From the NCBI GenBank assembly GCA_963822965.1, contig CAWGJT010000006.1, positions 64,001 to 128,000 of the forward strand: a stretch of DNA of 64,000 nt. The letters are read 5' to 3'. Below are positions 31,793 through 47,513 of this stretch, in pieces. Each line of letters opens with the position of its first letter. Position 1 is the stretch's first letter. The position numbers and the translations under genes were made by a program. Under the pieces are notes generated by a model. The model was not told the origin of the DNA and ran no database searches. It saw only the letters and a program-made list of their open reading frames with translations. Source of the stretch: an uncultured delta proteobacterium (GTDB taxonomy: Bacteria; Myxococcota_A; UBA9160; UBA4427).

Positions 31793-32509
31793 GTGAGCCG
31801 CCGCAACGACCCCGCCCCGCCGCGGGAACGCCCGCTTCTCGAGCAGCGCCGGCGGGACACGCTGCGGGAGCTCGAGTCGCTCCACGGCCGCCGAGAGATC
31901 GGTGCGGAGGAGTACCGCCAGCGTGCCGAGGCCACCCGACGCGCCACCGACGAGGTGGAGCTCGAGGCCCTGCGTCCCTCTCACAGCCCGCACAGCCCGC
32001 ACGGCCCGCACGCGGTGCCGCCGATGCCACCCGTTCCGCCCGTTCCCGCCACCCCCCCGGCGCGGCCCGCCACGGCCCCCGGGCCCTTGCCGGAGCGGAC
32101 GCTCCCCGAGCCCGGCGACGAGACGGGCTTCGTCTTCGCGTGCATGGGCGGCTCGATCCGCAAGGGAAGCTGGGAGCCGCCGGAGACCCTGTACTCGCTG
32201 GCGCTGATGGGAGGCGTCGAGCTCGACTTCCGCGAGGCGGCCCTGCTCGAGGGCACGACCGAGGTGGTGGTGCTGTCGATCATGGGCGGCACCCGCATCA
32301 CGGTCCCCGACGACGTGGACGTCGAGGTGAACGGCGTCGGCCTCATGGGGAGCTTCGAGCACGTATCCCGCCACCTTCCCGGCCCGGACCGTCCGCTCAT
32401 CCGGGTGCGCGGCCTGGCCCTGATGGGCGGCGTGAGCGTCAAGGTGAAGCCCGCTCCCAGAGCCGGGGGCATCCGGGGCTTCGCGAAGCGCCTGGGCAAC
32501 CTGGTGTGA
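31793..32509 (+). CDS. DUF1707/LiaF-like domain protein
   Basis: N-terminal SHOCT-like helices, Pro-rich linker, repeated MGG-x-xLD beta motifs; GTG after GGAGG. Confidence 0.7.
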   Translation: MSRRNDPAPPRERPLLEQRRRDTLRELESLHGRREIGAEEYRQRAEATRRATDEVELEALRPSHSPHSPHGPHAVPPMPPVPPVPATPPARPATAPGPLPERTLPEPGDETGFVFACMGGSIRKGSWEPPETLYSLALMGGVELDFREAALLEGTTEVVVLSIMGGTRITVPDDVDVEVNGVGLMGSFEHVSRHLPGPDRPLIRVRGLALMGGVSVKVKPAPRAGGIRGFAKRLGNLV

Positions 32510-32516
32510 GGACGGG

Positions 32517-33899
32517 TCAGCCGCTCCCGCGCTGGCGCTTTCGGTCCAGGATCAGACGCTCGTAGGCGCGCGCCGCGCAGTCGGCCACGGCCCCGAGCGC
32601 CGCGATGGACGTCTCGCCGAAGGCGCTCGAGCCGTTGTCGCAGTAGAGCAGATTGACCACCCGGTCGCGGATGGAGATGGGCTGCACGAGCAGGTCCTGC
32701 ACGTGCGCCCGGCCGATGGCCTCGAGCAGGCGGCCGTCGATGCCTCCCTCGGGCGGCGCGCCCCGGAACGCGAAGCCGGTGACGGCCGGGTGCGCGAAGA
32801 TGCTGTGGACGCCCAGGGGCACCTCCACCCCGTCGAGTCGGGGCTCGACGGCACCGCTCACGCGGAAGGGCTTTACCTTGTCGCCGCCCACCAGGAAGAG
32901 CACTGCGGCCTCGCAGTGCACCCGGGCCAGGGCGAGCACCAGCTCGGCGATGACGTCCCGCTCTCCCGCACCGACGAGCTGCGCCTCCAGCTCGGCCACT
33001 CGCGCGGAGGAGATTGGGCCCTCGGGCTCGCGCGCCGGGCTGCGGGTCGGAGCCGCCGCCTCGACGACCAGCTCCTCGAGCAGCAGGAGCTCGTCCTCGA
33101 CGTCCTCCTTGGCAGATGCCTCCGGCGGGGGCGGACGGGCGGGCTCCGGTGCGGTGGACGGCCGTGGGGAGCCGGCCTGGGGCGGAGAGACGGTCTCGGG
33201 CGCGGGGGCGGACCGAGGCGCCGGGGCGACCGGAGCCGTCTCGGGCTCCGGGCGCAGCACGTCGTCCTCGAACCACTGGTCCAGCACGTCCCGGGCCCCG
33301 GCGGCCGGCTCGGGGGCCGGCGCCGGCCGGGGTGCGCGCGACCCGGGAGCTTGCAGGGTGTGTCCGAGGCTCGATTCGGCGCCGTCCGAGAGCACCATGT
33401 CGGTTCGCCGCAGGCGCGTCGCCAGATTCACGAAGCGTGGATGCCGATCGATCTGGAGATGGGTCTCGAGCCAGTAGAGGAGCCGGATCTCGGGCAGCAC
33501 GTACGGGATCACCGGGCGATTGGCCGCGGTGGAGACGAAGTCGAGCTGCTCGCGGTCCTGGGGATCGAGCATGGCCACGTGCAGGGCCTCGCGCTCGACG
33601 TGCAGGGGCAGCAGCTTGTGGCGCCGGATGAGCGCCATCGGCACCAGGTGGATGGCCTTCGGGTCGGGGTTCTCCACCCAGTCCACGGGCGCCAGGGTGA
33701 GCCCGTGGAAGCGCGTCAGGTGCTCGGCCAGCTCTTCCAGGCGCAGGTAGCCGATCTCGACGAGGTTCGTCCCGAGACGCCCGCCGTAGACGGACTGCGA
33801 GCGCAGCGCCTCCTGGAGCTGACCCTCGTTCAGCACGCCTTCGGCGAGCAGCCACTCGCCGAAGTGCAGCTCCTTGCGTTCCCTCGATCCGGCCTGCAC
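32517..33899 (-). CDS. GspE N-terminal (MshEN-type) domain protein with Pro-rich linker and GAF-like C-terminus
   Basis: HFGEWLLAEGVLNEGQLQEALRSQ...GGRLGTNLVEIGYL, LHVAMLDP, IRDRVVNLLYCDNG. Confidence 0.75.
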   Translation of the reverse strand: MQAGSRERKELHFGEWLLAEGVLNEGQLQEALRSQSVYGGRLGTNLVEIGYLRLEELAEHLTRFHGLTLAPVDWVENPDPKAIHLVPMALIRRHKLLPLHVEREALHVAMLDPQDREQLDFVSTAANRPVIPYVLPEIRLLYWLETHLQIDRHPRFVNLATRLRRTDMVLSDGAESSLGHTLQAPGSRAPRPAPAPEPAAGARDVLDQWFEDDVLRPEPETAPVAPAPRSAPAPETVSPPQAGSPRPSTAPEPARPPPPEASAKEDVEDELLLLEELVVEAAAPTRSPAREPEGPISSARVAELEAQLVGAGERDVIAELVLALARVHCEAAVLFLVGGDKVKPFRVSGAVEPRLDGVEVPLGVHSIFAHPAVTGFAFRGAPPEGGIDGRLLEAIGRAHVQDLLVQPISIRDRVVNLLYCDNGSSAFGETSIAALGAVADCAARAYERLILDRKRQRGSG

Positions 33900-34088
33900 C
33901 CGGGCCCTCCCGGCCCCGGAATCGGCCGGACGGAGGCGCGACCGTAGCCCGGCCCCGCGAGAGCCCCCTCCCCCGGCGCGGGACGTTCCGCCGCGGCGCG
34001 GGGTGTTACGCTCGCGACGGAATCCATCGCGAAGGAGCGGGACATGGGCGAAGCCAGGCCGGATCGGAAGCGGCTCACGAAGGAGACC

Positions 34089-34637
34089 ATGGACATCGAG
34101 CCGGGCCTGCCCTTGCAGGCGTCCGCCGGCGGCGTCGAGGAGCTGCGGCGCGACATCCAGCGGCTGATGGACATGGAGGCGATCCGACAGCTCAAGCATG
34201 CCTACTTCCGCTGCATCGACACCGCCAACTTCGAGGAGCTCGCGACGCTCTTCCACGAGGACGTCTCGGTCCACTTCATCGGCGGCAACTACGAGTGGAA
34301 GCTGCAAGGACGGGACGAGTACGTCGCCTCCGTAAAGAAGGCCTTCACCCGCCAGGCCATCGGGCACCACAACGGCCACCAGCCCGAGATCCAGATGCTG
34401 AGCGACAGCGAGGCGACGGGCATCTGGTACCTGGCGGATCACATGTGGATCCTGTCCGCGAACTACTTCACCACGGGCACCGCGCTGTATTGGGACCGCT
34501 ACTGCAAGGTGGACGGGAGCTGGAAGATCAAGGAGACCCGCTACGAGCGGATCTACGAGATGAGCCAGCTGCTCGAAGAGGCGCCGAAGGTCTCGTCCCA
34601 CTACCTGGGCGTGTTCGGCAGCGAGGTGATCGCCTGA
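34089..34637 (+). CDS. SnoaL/NTF2-like family protein
   Basis: EAIRQLKHAYFRCIDT, HHNGHQPEI, ATGIWYLAD, YWDRY...DGSWKI. Confidence 0.85.
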   Translation: MDIEPGLPLQASAGGVEELRRDIQRLMDMEAIRQLKHAYFRCIDTANFEELATLFHEDVSVHFIGGNYEWKLQGRDEYVASVKKAFTRQAIGHHNGHQPEIQMLSDSEATGIWYLADHMWILSANYFTTGTALYWDRYCKVDGSWKIKETRYERIYEMSQLLEEAPKVSSHYLGVFGSEVIA

Positions 34638-34652
34638 GGCCCGCGCGCGGGC

Positions 34653-35750
34653 TCACAGCCACTCGAGCCAACGACCGTGGGGGTTGCAGCGCGCTGCCAG
34701 CCGCGTCTCGCGCTCGCTCCCGCGATACGTGGTGTGCTTGAGCTCCGAGCAGCGGTCTCCCGTCCCCTCGATGCTCAAGAAGTGGATCGGACGCGCGGCG
34801 GCCGCCGCCTGCATGGCCTTCAGGGTGCCGCGCAGGGCGTCGCGCGGGAACTGGTAGAGGGTGTGCGTGCCGTAGACGCACACCGTCACGCCGGCCGGCG
34901 CCTCGCCGATCAGCGCCGGCAGCGCGCGAGACGCGTCGCCCCGCACCAGTCGCGGCGGCGCCTCCCGCGCGATCTCGATGGCGCCGCTGAGGCGCTCCGG
35001 GCGGCCCGGATGGTCGGGCCACACGAGGGCGCGCAGCCACTGCACGGCGTCGGGATCGGAGACGTCGACGGGGTGGAGATCGATGCCGCTCCGCGACGCG
35101 ACCGGAATCTCCCGGGGTAGCGGCGGCAGGGCGACGTCGCCGCGAAGGCTGCACTCGACGACGACGCGCGACGACGCGTCGCCCCACGTCACGGTCGTCC
35201 CGGATGCCGGCTCCGGCGTGTAGCGATAGCGGAAGCGATCCCACTGCAGGTTGAGCCCGGCGCTGGGGCCGATCTCCACGAGCCACAGGGGCGCACCCCC
35301 CTCCGCCTCGCAGACCCGCGCGAAGGCCGGCAGCAGCGCGCTGCTGCGCTGGACCACGTTGGTCTGGGTGAGACGGCTCGCGATCAGCGGCTCGATCGCC
35401 GCCCGATGCGCCAGGCAGAAGTCCCGGAACACGGGAAACACGTCGCGCGCCGGCTCGACGGCGCCCCGCGCGAGAGCCGGGTAGAAGTCGCGCAGCGGGT
35501 GGAGGGCCCCGCCCAGCAGCAGGAAGTGCACCGCGGCGAAGAGCAGGTTCGGCGGCGGCTGGGTGGCCGGGGCGTGGGCCGCCAGCGCCAGCAGGTCCGC
35601 GTCGCGGGCCACCCCGCGGCACAGGGCCTGGTAGATCCAGCCCTCGATCTGCGGGCATTCGAGCTCGCCGAAGTAGGAGAAGATGCGCGCCAGGCCTTCG
35701 GGGCTGCGGTCGCCGCCGTCGGGCCGCCGGGTCTCGAGGGAATCCGTCAT
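34653..35750 (-). CDS. DUF2332 family protein
   Basis: NLLFAAVHFLLL, TQTNVVQR, LVEIGPSAGLNL, WLRALVWP. Confidence 0.8.
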   Translation of the reverse strand: MTDSLETRRPDGGDRSPEGLARIFSYFGELECPQIEGWIYQALCRGVARDADLLALAAHAPATQPPPNLLFAAVHFLLLGGALHPLRDFYPALARGAVEPARDVFPVFRDFCLAHRAAIEPLIASRLTQTNVVQRSSALLPAFARVCEAEGGAPLWLVEIGPSAGLNLQWDRFRYRYTPEPASGTTVTWGDASSRVVVECSLRGDVALPPLPREIPVASRSGIDLHPVDVSDPDAVQWLRALVWPDHPGRPERLSGAIEIAREAPPRLVRGDASRALPALIGEAPAGVTVCVYGTHTLYQFPRDALRGTLKAMQAAAAARPIHFLSIEGTGDRCSELKHTTYRGSERETRLAARCNPHGRWLEWL

Positions 35751-35870
35751 GGCGCGGTGTGTAGCGCCGCGAATCATGGATCGGCACGTCCACGTCCCCG
35801 GGAGGCGTGAATCCACCTCGATCCACATTGCCCTCGCGCCGGCGATCCGCCCGCCCGGGACGGGACCGGG

Positions 35871-36911
35871 TCAGACGTTGAAGCGGAAGTGGACGACGTC
35901 GCCGTCCTGGATCACGTATTCCTTGCCCTCGACGCGGAGCTTGCCGGCGTCGCGGCACTTCGCCTCGCTCCCCTCGGCCACGAGATCCTCCCACCGGATC
36001 ACCTCGGCGCGAATGAAGCCACGCTCGATGTCCGAGTGGATCTTGCCCGCTGCCTGGGGCGCCTTCGTGTTCCGCCGGACCGGCCAGGCCCGGCACTCGT
36101 CCGGCCCGGCGGTGAGCATGGAGATGAGATCGAGCAGCGCGTAGGCGGAACGGATGAAGCGCGCCTTCGCGGGCTCCTCGAGGCCCAGGGCTTCGAGGAA
36201 CTCCTTCTGCTCGGCGGGCGGCATCTGGGCGATGTCCATCTCCACGGGGGCCGACAGCACCACCAGCCCCAGGCCGCGTTCCCCGGCCGCCCGTGCGAGG
36301 GCAGCGGGCGCGGGCTCCTGGATGGCCTCCTCGGCGACGTTCAGCACCAGCATCAGGGGCTTCGCGGTGAGGAACGCGTAGCCCGAGAGCACCTTCTGCT
36401 CGGCCTCGGAGAGATCGACGGAGCGGATCGGCTTCTCCGACTCGAGGCCTTCCTGGATGCGCTCCAGCAGCTCGAGCTGCCGGGCGTCGCTGCGGTCCTT
36501 GCGAAGGCGCGCGACCCGCTGCTCGACGATGGCGAGGTCGGCCAGGATCGTCTCGGTCTCGAGCTCGGCCATCTCGCCCGTGGGATCCGGCGCCTCACCC
36601 AGCTCGTTCGGAAAGCCCCGAAGCACCTGGCACAGGGCGTCCACGTCGCGCATCGCGTTGAGGGTGGCGCGGTCGATCCCCTTGCTGGCCCCCGTCGCCG
36701 CGAGATCCGTGAAGGTCGTCTCGGCATAGGTGGTCTTCTTCGGCGAGTAGAGCTTCGCCAGGGCGTCGACCCGCGAATCCGGCACCTTCACGACGCCCAC
36801 GTTGGCCTTGCCCGAGCCGGCCGCGTAGCCCGTCTCGACGGCGATTCCCGTGAGCGCGCCGAACACGGTGCTCTTGCCGCTGCCCGGCAGTCCGACGAGT
36901 CCGATCTTCAT
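35871..36911 (-). CDS. ychF: YchF/Obg-family ATPase (divergent)
   Basis: [59 protein letters not shown]. Confidence 0.88.
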   Translation of the reverse strand: MKIGLVGLPGSGKSTVFGALTGIAVETGYAAGSGKANVGVVKVPDSRVDALAKLYSPKKTTYAETTFTDLAATGASKGIDRATLNAMRDVDALCQVLRGFPNELGEAPDPTGEMAELETETILADLAIVEQRVARLRKDRSDARQLELLERIQEGLESEKPIRSVDLSEAEQKVLSGYAFLTAKPLMLVLNVAEEAIQEPAPAALARAAGERGLGLVVLSAPVEMDIAQMPPAEQKEFLEALGLEEPAKARFIRSAYALLDLISMLTAGPDECRAWPVRRNTKAPQAAGKIHSDIERGFIRAEVIRWEDLVAEGSEAKCRDAGKLRVEGKEYVIQDGDVVHFRFNV

Positions 36912-36978
36912 GCGGGCCAGACCCTAGCATGCCGACCCGGGCGGGGTCGGCTCGCGCCGCGCACGCCGGACGCTCGCC

Positions 36979-38967
36979 TCAGCGGGCTCCCCGCCGGCGG
37001 GCCACGCCCGCCGCACCGGCAACCGCCAGCATCGCGACGAGCAGCAACGTTGCCGGCGCGCCGAGCGTCGGCCCGCGCACGACCCGGTCGCAGACGTCCC
37101 CGCGCCCGTCGCCGTCGGCGTCCGCCTGCCCCGGGTTCGGCAGGTAGCGACAGTTGTCACAGGCATTGCCGACCCCGTCCCCGTCGTCGTCGGCCTGGTC
37201 GGGGTTGGCGACGTCGAAGCAGTTGTCCACGTCGCTGCACAGGCCGTCCGCGTCCACGTCACCGATGGGATCCGCCGGGCACGCGTCGCAGGCGTCCCCC
37301 GTACCGTCGCCGTCCCCGTCGGCCTGGAGGGGATTCGAGACGCCCGGACAGTTGTCCGCGTCGGCGCACAGGCCGTCGCCGTCGGCGTCGTTCTGGGGAT
37401 CGGCCGGACAGCCATCGCAGGCGTCGCCCACGCCGTCCGCATCGGCGTCGGCCTGGCTCGCGTCGGCCACGCCCGCGCAGTTGTCGTCGCAGGCGAGCGT
37501 CTCGCCCCCGGTGCACGGGGCGTCACCGATCCAGCCGGAGCCGTCCCCGTCGTCGAGGACGCCGTCGCCGTCGCTGTCGTAGTCGAGCAGCAGCTCGGTG
37601 AGAGCGCCGTCGAGCGCCGTCAACGGATAGCTCGCACCGTTCCCGGGGTTCGTCACCGGGGTGCCGTGGGAGGTGAGCAGGGTTCGCACGTCGGCCGGAG
37701 TGAGGGTCGGGTCGACGCTCAGCAAGAGCGCCGCCTCGCCGGACGCATAGGCGGCCGCGGACGACGTGCCGCCGATGTACGTCGCGCCACCGACGGTGAG
37801 GGTTCTCGTCTTCCAGTCGGGTGCGAGAATGTCGAGCAGCGAGCCGCTGTTGGCATGACACACGAAGCTGCCGGCGACGGTCGGCGCGTCCGTGCACGTC
37901 TCGGTGCAGCTCGCATCGAAGCACCAGCCGACGCTCGAGAAGGCTGCGTCGTACACGCCTCCCACGGAGATCGCGTCCGGCGCGCAGGCGGGCAGGGAGA
38001 TGCCGTGATCCCAGCCGTTGTTGCCCGACGCGGCGAAGACGACGACGCCCGCCGCCACGACCTCGGCGACGGCGTTCGCCAGGATCGAGCCGCTGCAGGG
38101 CGCGATGCCCGCATTGTCGTACTCGCCTCCGTCCGAGAGGCTCATGTTGACGACCCGGATGCCGTAGGCGGCCTGGTTCGCGAGCACCCAGTCGAGGCCG
38201 CGGGCTACGTCGGAGGTGTTTCCGTTTCCCTCGGAGGAGAGCACCCGCACCGCCACGATCCGGGCGTCGGGCGCGATTCCCCGGGCCGTCGCACTCGACG
38301 TGATGATGCCGCTCATGCTCGTGCCGTGTCCGTCGTCGTCCTCGGCGGATCCCGAGCCGGACTGCTCGTCGCTGCCGTCCGGACAGCATCCCGCCGGCCC
38401 GGGATTCGTGTCGCAGAAGCACTGCTCGCCGACGAGCGCACCGGACAGGGCGGGATGATCGCTGTCGATGCCCGTATCGAGGACCGCCACGTTGATCCCC
38501 TGGCCCCGAAAGCCCTGATCGATCAGCACGTCGGCCCCGAGCAGCGGGACGCCCTGGACCGTCGCCTTCTGGATTCGGCGATCGAGATCGACACGCTCCA
38601 CCTCGGGAAGGCGCTCGAGGGCTTCGATCGCCTCCGGCCGCGCCCAGCCGGCGATCCCGCTGACCAGGCCATAGCGATGCCGAATCTCGAAGGAGCCCGG
38701 GGGCAGCGCCCGCAACGCGCGATCCTGCCGAGCACGGATCCGGTCTCCACGCAGCAAACGCGCGCGCGGCAGGTCGTCACGGCGCAGCACGACCTCGATC
38801 GGAATCTGGTCCGACGCGGTGCTGGCGGCCAGACGCTCCCGCAGGCGCGGCGAGACGCGAGAGCCGGCCTGGGCGAACGCCGACGGGCTCGCGGCGGCCG
38901 CGAAGAGCAGAACGAGGAGCAGGCGAGGGATCGCCCGTGAAGCCCTGCTCCCCGCACCGCCCGCCAT
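36979..38967 (-). CDS. S8 (subtilisin-like) serine peptidase with thrombospondin type-3 repeats and C-terminal sorting signal
   Basis: Signal peptide; VLDTG, DGHGT, GGTSSAA triad; DNC...QADxDxDGxGDAC repeats; GPTL + TM + RRR. Confidence 0.88.
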   Translation of the reverse strand: MAGGAGSRASRAIPRLLLVLLFAAAASPSAFAQAGSRVSPRLRERLAASTASDQIPIEVVLRRDDLPRARLLRGDRIRARQDRALRALPPGSFEIRHRYGLVSGIAGWARPEAIEALERLPEVERVDLDRRIQKATVQGVPLLGADVLIDQGFRGQGINVAVLDTGIDSDHPALSGALVGEQCFCDTNPGPAGCCPDGSDEQSGSGSAEDDDGHGTSMSGIITSSATARGIAPDARIVAVRVLSSEGNGNTSDVARGLDWVLANQAAYGIRVVNMSLSDGGEYDNAGIAPCSGSILANAVAEVVAAGVVVFAASGNNGWDHGISLPACAPDAISVGGVYDAAFSSVGWCFDASCTETCTDAPTVAGSFVCHANSGSLLDILAPDWKTRTLTVGGATYIGGTSSAAAYASGEAALLLSVDPTLTPADVRTLLTSHGTPVTNPGNGASYPLTALDGALTELLLDYDSDGDGVLDDGDGSGWIGDAPCTGGETLACDDNCAGVADASQADADADGVGDACDGCPADPQNDADGDGLCADADNCPGVSNPLQADGDGDGTGDACDACPADPIGDVDADGLCSDVDNCFDVANPDQADDDGDGVGNACDNCRYLPNPGQADADGDGRGDVCDRVVRGPTLGAPATLLLVAMLAVAGAAGVARRRGAR

Positions 38968-39165
38968 TCACCCGCCTCCGCTTCGAGAGCGTGCCCATTC
39001 TCGCACAAGAGCACCCGTCAGGAGAAGCCGGACGCGATCCGCAGCCCGGCGGCAGCCGCTGCGCAATCGACGTGAGCGGCGCGCGCGATTCGACCGTCCG
39101 CGCGGCCCGCCATCCCCGCAGCGCGCGTCAAGCCGTCGGGCGACGGCACCGATACACAGCGAACC

Positions 39166-39915
39166 ATGCCGCGCTCGGACTCGGTTTCCGCGGCGTTCTT
39201 CCTCGCCAACATGCTCATCATGCTGGCCCTGGGAGGACGGCTGCTCCTCGCCGCCCGCCGCTCGCGGCGCGCGGCCGAGGCGGCGGTCGGGACCTCGGCG
39301 GCGTTCGGCGCGCTGGCGGTCATCCTGGGCCTCGTCGCCACCAGCCTGCTGGCGCGCAACCCCTCGGCATTCCCGCTGTGGGCGGCGAGTCGTTGGGCGC
39401 AGGCCACGGGCCTGTGCGGACTCGCCGTCGGAAGCTGGCGCATCTACCACCCGGACCGGCCGGAAGCGGCCGCGGCGGCGGCCATCTCGTGCGCGACGGC
39501 GCTCACGGCCGCCGCGCTGCGCACCTTCGGAGGCAGCATGCCGCCGCCGAATGCGACGTCGACGGGTCTGCTCCTCTCGGTCGTCGCGTCGCTCGCCGTC
39601 TACGGCTGGGGAACCGTCGAGGCCTTCCGCTACCACCGCGTGCTTCGGCGCCGCCTGGCCCTGGGGCTCGCCGATCCGGTCATCACCCACCAGTTCCTGT
39701 TGTGGGGCTACTCGGGCGCATGCGCGCTCGCGACCACGGTGACGGGCAGCGTCTGCCTGTTCGCGTTGGGAACCTCGCTGTCGGCGTACCCCGGCCTCTT
39801 CGCAGTGGCCCAGCTCGCCCTGCTGGAGGCGGCCATCGCGCTGTGGTTCGCGTTCTTCCCGCCCCGCTTCTACCGCGAGCTGTTGCGCAGGCGCGCGACC
39901 CGCGCCACCTCCTGA
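39166..39915 (+). CDS. Hypothetical multi-pass membrane protein
   Basis: About 7 hydrophobic segments; LGLADP, WFAFFPP. Confidence 0.65.
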   Translation: MPRSDSVSAAFFLANMLIMLALGGRLLLAARRSRRAAEAAVGTSAAFGALAVILGLVATSLLARNPSAFPLWAASRWAQATGLCGLAVGSWRIYHPDRPEAAAAAAISCATALTAAALRTFGGSMPPPNATSTGLLLSVVASLAVYGWGTVEAFRYHRVLRRRLALGLADPVITHQFLLWGYSGACALATTVTGSVCLFALGTSLSAYPGLFAVAQLALLEAAIALWFAFFPPRFYRELLRRRATRATS

Positions 39916-40820
39916 TCGCGCCGCTCCCGGCGCTTGATCTCGAGGTACTCCGCGCGGGGCATCTCGCGCAGCTGCAGCGGATAGCGTTCGCAGAGATCGA
40001 ACCAGCGTGCCAGACGCGCCTCGAGGCGAGCCTCGGCGGGAGCGCCCTGCGTATCCAGGTAGGCGACGACCGCGAGGTAGTAGCGGAGGGCGTTGCGCTC
40101 CACGGCGCCCGCCATGCCCGTCACGTACTCGGGCTTGCCGTCGGCGTCGTAGCCGGTGACCGTGAAGCCCACCTTGTTGCGACCCACGGTTGCCAGGTAG
40201 GTGCTCGTCGCGAGCCGCGCCGCGAGGCCCGGGCGGTACGAGTAGTGCAGGTGCAGGCGGCTCGATCCGTCCCGCAGCGGCGTGACGCGCAGCTCGATGC
40301 GCACGTCGTGTACGCCGAGCGGGCCCTCGTCCGCCGCCAGCGAGGCGTCGACGCCACCGGAGTCGTCTCGGGAGAGATCGAAGGCGTAGACCATGGGAAC
40401 ACGGTTGCGCGGCGGCACGTAGACCTTGCGGCCGGTCTCGATGCGAATGGGGACCGCCCGCGAGCCGGAGTCCGCCTCGTCCTCCGGCCGGCAGGACTTC
40501 ACGTTGAAGTGGAGCGTCAGCACGTCGCACCAGGCCTGGGGCCGCGCCAGCACCTGCTGCAGGTCGGCGAACGGAACCGCCAGCAGGCCGCGCACGTCGC
40601 CCTGGACCGTGTCCCCCTCGAGATTCGCGGTGACGCTGAGCGGGTCCTCGAAGGGGCCGGCCTCGAGCGGGCTGGGGAGCCGGGGGTGCGCGGCCGGCAG
40701 CGCGCGCCGTCCCGCCGCCGGCGGCTCCGCGGCCACCGGCGTGGCGACGACGAGCGCGGTGGCGGCCAACACGATCCACGCGGCGCCGAAGCCGATGATC
40801 CGGGCCGGAATCCTCCTCAT
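39870..40820 (-). CDS. Hypothetical secreted protein
   Basis: Signal peptide; WCDVLTLHFNVKSC, YLATVGRNKVGF, ERNALRYYLA; start overlaps truA stop. Confidence 0.65.
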   Translation of the reverse strand: MRRIPARIIGFGAAWIVLAATALVVATPVAAEPPAAGRRALPAAHPRLPSPLEAGPFEDPLSVTANLEGDTVQGDVRGLLAVPFADLQQVLARPQAWCDVLTLHFNVKSCRPEDEADSGSRAVPIRIETGRKVYVPPRNRVPMVYAFDLSRDDSGGVDASLAADEGPLGVHDVRIELRVTPLRDGSSRLHLHYSYRPGLAARLATSTYLATVGRNKVGFTVTGYDADGKPEYVTGMAGAVERNALRYYLAVVAYLDTQGAPAEARLEARLARWFDLCERYPLQLREMPRAEYLEIKRRERRDQEVARVARLRNSSR

Positions 40821-41623
40821 CGGCCGCTCCCCTCCTCGTCTCGGAGCCCGCCGGACGGCCGACCGCACCGGACCTCCGCGTCCGCGTAGCGGACGGCCAC
40901 GAGGGTCAGCCCCCGGGCCGGTGCGGTGACCCCCGCGCAGGCCCGATCCCGCGACGCCAGCACGCGCGCCATGTCCTCGGGCGGCCGGCGTCCGCGACCC
41001 ACCTCGCCGAGGGTTCCGACGAGGTTGCGCACCATGTAGCGAAGGAAGCCCGGTCCCTCGAAGTCGAGGACGATCTCCCCCGGAACGCGCCCCGCGACCT
41101 CGACCCGATCGAGGCGACGGATCGTCGTGCGCACGGACGAGCCGGCGGCCTGGAAGGCCGCGAAGTCGTGCTCGCCCACCACGTGCCGCGCGGCCTTCTG
41201 CATGGCCTCGACATCGAGGGGCGTCCTCACCCACCAGCTGCGCCGGGCGCGCAGGGGCGAGCGCACCGTGTGGTTCCAGATGCGATAGCGGTAGTGCTTG
41301 GAGCGCGCGTGGCGGCGCGCGTCGAAGTCGTCCGCCACACGCTCGACGGCGACCACCGCCACGTCGCCGGGCAGGTTGGCGTTCAGCGCCTCGCGCAGGG
41401 AGCCGGCATCGAGCCGGGTCTCGAAGCGCGCGCTCGCCACCTGCCCCTCCGCGTGGACGCCGGCGTCGGTGCGGCCCGAGCCCGTCAGCCGAACCGGCCC
41501 CCCCACGATGCGCGCGAGCGCGTCGGCCACGCTTGCCTGGACGGTGCGGCGCCCTTCCCCCTGGGCCTGCCAGCCCGCGAAATCCGTCCCGTCGTACTCG
41601 AGGATGAAGCGGAAGCTCTCCAA
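40817..41623 (-). CDS. truA: tRNA pseudouridine(38-40) synthase
   Basis: EYDGTDFAGWQ, GSGRTDAGVHA, GEHDFAAF, FLRYMVRNLVG, TAPARGLTL. Confidence 0.95.
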   Translation of the reverse strand: MESFRFILEYDGTDFAGWQAQGEGRRTVQASVADALARIVGGPVRLTGSGRTDAGVHAEGQVASARFETRLDAGSLREALNANLPGDVAVVAVERVADDFDARRHARSKHYRYRIWNHTVRSPLRARRSWWVRTPLDVEAMQKAARHVVGEHDFAAFQAAGSSVRTTIRRLDRVEVAGRVPGEIVLDFEGPGFLRYMVRNLVGTLGEVGRGRRPPEDMARVLASRDRACAGVTAPARGLTLVAVRYADAEVRCGRPSGGLRDEEGSGR

Positions 41624-41682
41624 GGGCGCGTCCCCCAGTGGGGGTGAAAGCGGGCTCCGACGCTCGGAGCCACCCGTTCGGA

Positions 41683-43794
<2,112 letters not shown>

Positions 43795-43845
43795 GAGATG
43801 CTCCTGCTGCCGCGGGTGGCGGGCGCGCAGCCCGCTCCGGGTCGC

Positions 43846-47329
<3,484 letters not shown>

Positions 47330-47448
47330 TCCAGTGCCAGTCCGAGTGGCTCCCGCAGGCGTCTGTCGTTTCGCAGGAAACGCCAGGGCTCCGGTCGCGA
47401 GTGTTGGGGAGACGCCGGTCCCGTGGGCCGTCGCCAGCTAAGTGCCCG

Positions 47449-47477
47449 AGATTACGCGAGCTTTCAAGGGGTGTCAA
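47449..47477 (-). promoter_or_regulatory. sigma70-type promoter upstream of ilvC
   Basis: TTGACA-N17-TAATCT about 120 bp upstream of the ilvC ATG. Confidence 0.7.
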
Positions 47478-47513
47478 AACGCCCGCCGAGCGCGACCCCG
47501 CGAGCGGGTGGAA

